Translations under genes and position numbers: made by a program
Shown here: positions 57,347-64,000 of the stretch, in pieces
How the letters are laid out: each line of letters starts with the position of its first letter
Position numbering within the stretch: position 1 is the stretch's first letter
The notes under the pieces: model-generated
The model's input: the letters and a program-made list of their open reading frames with translations, nothing else
What the model was told of the DNA's origin: nothing
Database searches by the model: none
Source of the DNA: Zancudomyces culisetae HAW-14-8
Taxonomy: Eukaryota > Fungi > Kickxellomycota
Reading direction: 5' to 3'
Assembly: GCA_052426225.1 (NCBI GenBank)
Contig: JBNJNM010000011.1
Location: 4,588,001-4,652,000 of the forward strand
Length of the DNA stretch: 64,000 nucleotides

Positions 57347-58208
57347 ATGCTGAAACGAGCTTAGCAGGAAACCATGCTGGAGATCCGTCAAAACGTTTGC
57401 TGAAAATAAATGATGAAAATTAAATAAAACTCTAAGACTAACAAGAACTTAAATTACAATAATAACGATAAATCTAGCAATTGATTGGAACCGATCAAGT
57501 ATTTTTTTGTCTTTATCGCTTTGTTTTTTTTAGGTTTTGATAGTGCTAAGAGAATCCTTATATCTTTTCATCATTTAAACTTTGGTGCATATTTCAATGT
57601 TTATAAAATAAATTCTATGACTTTTTAGTATTAAATTGGTTGTATTTTCTCTTTATGAGAAAGCTGTACCATAACCATAGGCATAACCATTCATCTTAGG
57701 TCTAACATCACGTTTTGTTTATATTCGCATCATAACAAGCAACACCAACGCTCCTCTATTTTAGAAATACCCTGTAAAACATCGTTAGTATGGTAAAGCT
57801 CACTATTAAGTATATCGATGAGTAAGTATTATTTTTGTATACACAAGCTGTTCGCCACAGAGATAGTGGAGAAGAGTCTAAAATAATTAGGGTAAGCATT
57901 CAGTGTAACTGGAAAACGATTCGGTTGGGGTGGGGGGGGGGGGGAAGGAGGGAGGGTAAACTACGTGGGATCCCTTATTTTTAGTGCCTTTGCGGTGTTT
58001 ACTTGATTAATTCATCGTACAAGGGGAAAAAACAACATACTGTCAAACACACTTTCCAAGGCTCAAACTAAGAACTCCTCTCAGCACAAATATATAATTT
58101 TTAAGTTATAAAAAGCAAGAATAACTTTTCATTAAAAGTAAAGTAGCAAGAGCGACTTTGAGAAAAGCTACTGAAATATACAATAAAAAACCAAACGATA
58201 ATTCAGGC

Positions 58209-59407
58209 CTAGCGGTTCCAGGTCAGGGATGAGAGGTCGCCCAAACTGCGAGGTTTGTAAAGCTGTCTGGTTACGAGGACTATTCCAATCAAGATGGATA
58301 GACACCCAACAGCCATGTAAAAGATACCGATTATGGGATTTCGACCGCCGAATGCGGACGTAGTTGAAATTATAAAGTGTTTTTCGCCACCATAGGTGGT
58401 GGTATCAAAGTTGTAGCCAATTTTCATGGAATAGGTGGTGGGAGTCAAGGGATCACTGTTGTTAATCCCATATAGCTTCCTAAAAACCGGAAGAGCAGCA
58501 GTTCTCATCCATACTTGAAGATGGTAATCCGTCGACAAATCAGGGATAGGGTTTTTATCAGTATATCCATCTTTGTAGCGCTCGTCCCAGTTTGGTGGAG
58601 GATAGACGTCACTATTTGAATATTCAGTTTTACCATAACGCGCTCTGTCGCTTGCCCATGAGATATCATCTTCTCCAAATACATACTCACCACCTGATTC
58701 TGCACGTACAAGATTACTAAAAGTGTCATTGAACTGGGAGTTTGCTATCAGCCCGCATGGATAGATTGGTTTGGTGACACCTTTAATTTCACGCACTGCT
58801 AAAGGTTCACAATCCCCTCCGCTCAAGTCACTAACGCTACGTGCCTTTCCTGATAATTGGTTGCTGTCAAAACTTTTAACATATCTTCTGTGGTTTTGGT
58901 AAAAACTTGTCAGTTTGTAATATAAAAAAACCGGTGGGTTGACCGTTTTTGGAATTGTAAATTGATAAGTACATTCTTTCTTGTCTGATCTTCTGAGAAG
59001 AGGGGCAGAGAACGTACCGCTGCCGTATCCTAAGTTGGCTGAATATTGTGAATTCGGGATCGATACAAAGTTGTCAGTTGCTGATAAGCAACTTGTGTAA
59101 TCAATGTCCAGTTCAAAAATCTTTTCTGACATGTAATAAAAATAGCCCCCTAATCCTCCCAGTATTGTCCCCAGAATAAAAAACCATGGTATTACAGTCT
59201 TTGAGGAAAGCAACGGTTGCCAAGCCCGGAGTCTTTGCTGTCGAAATGCGGTATCTAAACATTATTTAATTTAAGTTTACTAAAAACTCTTTTATCATAT
59301 AGATTCATTTTAAAGTGATAGAAATTGCTGGCTACTCTAAAGTAGTGCTTTTTTGTTGGTAACTTACCCTTGGGTCTATTGCTTTTTTTCCCCGTTTTTT
59401 TACTCAT
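58209..59407 (-). CDS. CDC50: Cdc50/Lem3 P4-ATPase (flippase) beta subunit, 2 exons (59407-59368, 59254-58209), 361 aa
   Basis: NRPK|DTAFRQQRLRAWQP, FYQNHRRYVKS, YPCGLIANSQFNDTF, VWMRTAALP.FRKLY, GGRNP. Confidence 0.95.
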
Positions 59408-60938
59408 CTTTAATTAATTTTTGTTGGTCGTGCCTTCTGTATATATCATAGAAAGCCTTATTGGCAGTTTAGCAATGATTTTAACAATAGAATTGCTTTT
59501 GCGCCGGAAAATATCGGGTAGTAGCAGAATGTTCGTTGATATATGTTATCTGCGCTGATTCACACTCTTCTTTTTGAATGAAAATACCAAAATTTAACAC
59601 TTCCTAAGAGTTTCCAAAAGTCTTGGGCGATAAAAAAAGAACGATTGAGACGGATAATTTCACTTTTCTTTCTTTTATTTCCCCTGCCTGTTCTGGTATA
59701 TTCACGAATATATTGTATATGTTCAGAATATTTTATAGTTTGAAAAAGCGAACTGTTACTAAAGCCTTTCAATTTCTCTTACATAATGCAATTCCAAGAA
59801 ATGGGGGGGGAAACTTTAACAAAGAAAAATCCTCGAGAATAAATTTTAGGTGGAAGAAATTATAGCAGTTTTCATGCGAACTAAAGGACCAAAACCCTCG
59901 TTCCTTCCTCTAGAATACTGGCTTGTAAATGTTTAGCTAAAATTGTGTTAAGTATTTTCTCCCTCAAAAGCCGGGAATATAAAGCCTGCAATTTTTCACC
60001 CAATTAACTCTCAACTTTTAATATCCTCCTATTGGATAGTACTTCTAATTTAGGACAATTGTCAAAGCGAATAAGCAAGAATTTATTTATATCATGCCAA
60101 GTGAACATTCCAACAAATCAATAAAATTTCTAGCTGCATCATTCTACTCATCTGCAATTCTGAGTTGGAGTTCATACATTCTATTTTTTTTTGGCGCAAA
60201 CAACAAACAAATGCAACCCACTCAAACTCAAGTTAAGTGCAAAAAAAGCAAAGATCATGTACTGTCTGTGTGACGAAACTTTTTTTTTACTAGGTCTCCC
60301 AATTGCCATCAATCTCTGATTCCATTAGATACAAGGCTAAGAAAGAGAAGCTAGGAGGCTATATCTTTTACATATTACTTCAGATAATATGGTAAACATC
60401 CTGAACTACCGTCACTTAGCGTAGAGACGTTGCGTGTAAGTTTACTCTTTTATAGACCAAAAGTGTTAAATATGACTTCATAGTGGATGTTTCAAAAAAA
60501 CCATGTTGAGTTACTCATTGGGTTAACACTCGTCTTGTGAGCAAATATACAATTGAGTATTTAATCCATTGATATGCCTCGATATAACTGTGTACAGAAT
60601 AAACCTACTTATTCAATTCACAATAATACCTTCTTAATACGTCTCGCTCTAGAGCTTTAAAAAACAAATAATTTTTAAGGTTTATTAACAGCGTATTGCT
60701 AGTATAAAAGAAAAAAAATCAACTCCAAAAACTTGTGACACATGAATTCGTTGTTATCACAATATTAAAGCATTAGCTAGCTGGTAAAACATCGCCTCGC
60801 TATATCATCTACACAATAAACATATTGCCCAGAAGTATTTCCATGAGTCATTGAGTACTGCATATCACCATTACATTAATCGGTATATTCTACAGTCACT
60901 GAGCTCATTACAAATAGAAAGCAACTATTGTAAAAGGG

Positions 60939-61913
60939 TCAAGCATTCAGACTACTTTTCACTTTTCTCAAAAAAGTAATTCTAAAACCTGGTTGCTTCG
61001 TTTTTATATCACTATACTTTGACGTACACCTATCATTATGGACACGCTCATGAATTTCAGTCGCGCTATAAGTACAACCATAGTCTGACTCGTGAATATG
61101 TCTGTTAATATCCACCATCTTGACATCATTCACACTAATCTCTTGCGCTTTTTGTTGACCTTTATGTTCAAGGCCATTGGTCTGGGCCCAAGTGTAATTA
61201 CACTCCTTCATTTTGTTTTCAATCAAACCAACATACATATGCACAATTTCTGGGTTATCAAGTCTTCCGTTCATATTAGCAATTTCTCGATATATCCTAA
61301 CCAAACAGCAATTTGCATAAGAGTAGGCAATTTTTGGGTTATCAAAGTATTGCAAATAAAAATCGGTTGTGCTCAGCACAAGCCTGAGGTATTGTAAGTC
61401 TGTTTTTTTGACATTTGTATCTGTTAGTCCGTTACCAAGCTTGTACAGCTCAAATGCCTTGGTGACCCAATATTCTTCGTTATTATAAACACGTAATTCT
61501 GCCAGATATCTATAGAAGTCACCCTGAATTTTGCAACACATCACTTTGGATGCGTAGTCTCCCCTTTCTAGTAGTTTGTTTTTTCCCATTGTATTGATTA
61601 CACCTATGCTTATGGATGCAATATCCCTTCTCAGTATCTCTATTATGTTTAGTGTTTCTTTGAGTAACCATCCGTCTCGTTTGGTATGAGTACCCATATC
61701 ATTTAATCCGTTGTACATATTGATACTACTTCTTAGCGAAATGATGCGTGGTTGGATACACTCAATATTAACATTCTCAAGATCTTCAAGCAACTTCATG
61801 CTATAGGTGTTTTTATCTTCGAATCTTTCTGACATCTTCTTGCTGAGTTTATGAACAATGTATCCTTTAAACATGAACTTGTTTAAATAGGTTTGGTCCC
61901 GCGGAAAATCCAT
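60939..61913 (-). CDS. Highly divergent 14-3-3-like protein
   Basis: KVMCCKIQGDFYRYLAE matches the 14-3-3 KVFYYKMKGDYYRYLAE motif; LRLVLSTTDFYLQYFDNPKIA matches [21 protein letters not shown]. First ATG at 61913. Confidence 0.8.
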   Translation of the reverse strand: MDFPRDQTYLNKFMFKGYIVHKLSKKMSERFEDKNTYSMKLLEDLENVNIECIQPRIISLRSSINMYNGLNDMGTHTKRDGWLLKETLNIIEILRRDIASISIGVINTMGKNKLLERGDYASKVMCCKIQGDFYRYLAELRVYNNEEYWVTKAFELYKLGNGLTDTNVKKTDLQYLRLVLSTTDFYLQYFDNPKIAYSYANCCLVRIYREIANMNGRLDNPEIVHMYVGLIENKMKECNYTWAQTNGLEHKGQQKAQEISVNDVKMVDINRHIHESDYGCTYSATEIHERVHNDRCTSKYSDIKTKQPGFRITFLRKVKSSLNA

Positions 61914-62919
61914 CTTGATGATAATCTGTTGTTTGCTGATATAAGGCACTTGCTAATACCTAACCTTCTATTAAAAGTGTGCGTAAGAGTATTAATGTTG
62001 TCGAACAGGAAGAAAAAACGGGGTAGTAATGTTGGTATTAATTAAAGTGCGAAATATGGGATGTTTGGTTATATATATATTGGCGTGTTGAACCCGTAAA
62101 AACTGGTTATGAGTATTGAATAATAATATTAGTAGTAGTAGTTTATAAACTACAATAGCAGAAAACAAAAAAAAACAATCATACTATAATCCCAAATGCT
62201 CGGGTTCCAATATAGTTATACATATTCATCCTCTCATTTATTTTTATAAATATATTATACAACCAGCTATTGTCTAAATTAAACTAGCCAGAAGCGCTCT
62301 TTATACCATCACTGTGCCTAGTACTCCAGGATAATAATCGTCTCTTTCATGCAAGTTGTGTAGCATTAGAGGTTATATCAATATTTTTATTTGCTTGTTT
62401 AGTTGTGGGTGGTTTGAATATAAAACTGGAAAAGATATCTAAAAATATTAGATGCTATAAGAAAACAAATCTAAGGTTGTGAAATATTTCAAAGGTATTG
62501 TTTCATTACAACGGCTTTTATAATAATAATAATAGCAACAATAGCGATAAGAGTAGATTTTTTTTTAAAAAAAAAAAGAAACCGAGGTTGCTTGGTGATA
62601 AAAGAACAGTGATTATAATGATGCCTTATACCGTTTTACAATTACCAGCACTTTATACCAGAAAAAGTTGAATGTTGCAATACCAAACAAAAGTACAATT
62701 ATGTATTTAAGCGGTTCCTTGTATAAGGCATACAGGAAATTATCGACATTAACGTACTATTTTTGATTGAACAAATATTTACATTATGGTAAGATAATCC
62801 TAAAATTCTAAGGCATAAAAGTATGATACAATATTATCCAAATGGGTGAATAGAATCAATGGCAAAACGACAAAGAGGAAAAGAAATAAAGAGTAAGAAA
62901 AAATAAAGATATAGATAGC

Positions 62920-64000
62920 TTAAAACTTTATCAATTCTATAAAGACTTCTGTTTGGTATTTTTCGCTAAGAGTCAAGGGGGGTAGGCCTAATTGGTCAAG
63001 GCACTTTTCCATCAAATAGGCGTTTTCAGATTGATTGCTCCATAGTTCAAAAGATTCTAGGGTCAATTGATGAAATAGAAAGAGTATATTTAGGGGAATT
63101 TTTAAGCTCTTTTTGGGATTTGGTTTCTTGCTTACGCTAGAGGATACATGGGTATTCTCAAAGTACAAAGTGTATATTGGTTGAGTGTTTTTTGTAAGTA
63201 AATCCATCGAATCGTCATCCTCAGATACTTTTTCAATAATATACGCAATCAACGTAGAGTTGACTAATGATTGCTGATCATCATGTGCTTTATTTGCCAA
63301 TTGTTGTATTATTCTTGCAACTTTAGTCACATTTTTACGAAAGTTGGTGGTAATCACAGAATTTGGAAGAAGTTCTTCAGGAAAGACCAGGTGGGGATTC
63401 AAATAGCGCAAAAAGAAAAATCCACCGATTAGAGAATGAATGAGTTTCTTATCGCTCTTACCATAACGCTCAACTGCGTATTTTTTTATTGAGGAGCATA
63501 TTATCTTGATTCCTTTCGGTACCTTGTCCAAAGAGCTGCTTAGTCTTTTCAGTAAATTGTAAACAATGTTATTTAGCAACTCCTTGCGACTTGCTATTTT
63601 GAGCTCCACCTCTTTGATGATATGCCGCTCCATCTCATCCGGGTCTTTGTGCAATCTAAAGATTCTATCTTTAGCAGTCCTATTGTAGCTCTCTGTAACA
63701 TATCTTTTCACTTCATCTCTTTCTGTTTCCAGAGAATCATCCCCCAAACTCAAAATAGCGTCAAGTGTAGGTTTTAATACAGCTTTTAAGTACTCCAACG
63801 ATTCTTTGTTTCTAAAATTTTTTTACAGAAGGTTAGGCTGGTTAACGCTAACAAAGAAAATAAATAAATAAAAACTAAACTAAACTAAACTAAACTAAAC
63901 AACTTACTTGCAATACATCCTAATTAAATTGGTGGATGGTGTGTTACCTCTCAGAAACATCGACGGCTCTGTTAAATTCGCAAATTTGTACTTTATGAGT
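62920..64000 (-). CDS. RasGAP-domain protein, 3' part (exons >64000-63908 and 63811-62920); 5' end lies outside the window
   Basis: FLRGNT arginine-finger motif in the upstream exon; IGGFFFLRYLNP and KVARIIQQLAN; GT-AG intron 63907-63812. Confidence 0.88.

Noticed and set aside
57927-57956. Poly-G/G-quadruplex-like tract (also 26619-26632)
   Set aside because: Simple homopolymers with no supporting evidence of function

Overview
AT-rich eukaryotic (fungal-type) genomic DNA with short spliceosomal introns and CTAAC-like branch points. It holds about 25 protein-coding genes, mostly housekeeping: PCNA, Rrp6, 2-Cys peroxiredoxin, Cu/Zn-SOD, Nop15, Dsk2, adrenodoxin, H2A.Z, Pfa4-like DHHC, Rpb7, Pmt2, uL10m, Cdc50 and a partial RasGAP. 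There are also transporters (two MFS, one ABCB), hydrolases (lipase, SGNH esterase, trypsin-like protease) and two orphan secreted proteins. Gene style and divergence suggest an early-diverging fungus, possibly Kickxellomycotina/Harpellales; this is inference and was not verified. I rebuilt the multi-exon models by hand, and all complete ones close in frame. Most notable observations: an intronless 14-3-3 homolog missing about half of its phosphopeptide-binding residues; a very divergent Sin3-like gene whose CDS overlaps a convergent MFS CDS by 38 nt; a GC-AG intron in H2A.Z; a frame-essential 13-nt microexon; an orphan (Thr-Pro)34 stalk protein; an intergenic ~90-nt hairpin followed by oligo-T that carries a U2-snRNA-complementary tract; and a perfect 20-bp inverted repeat. 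I could not support any tRNA, rRNA, transposon, CRISPR array or clear multi-gene novel system.
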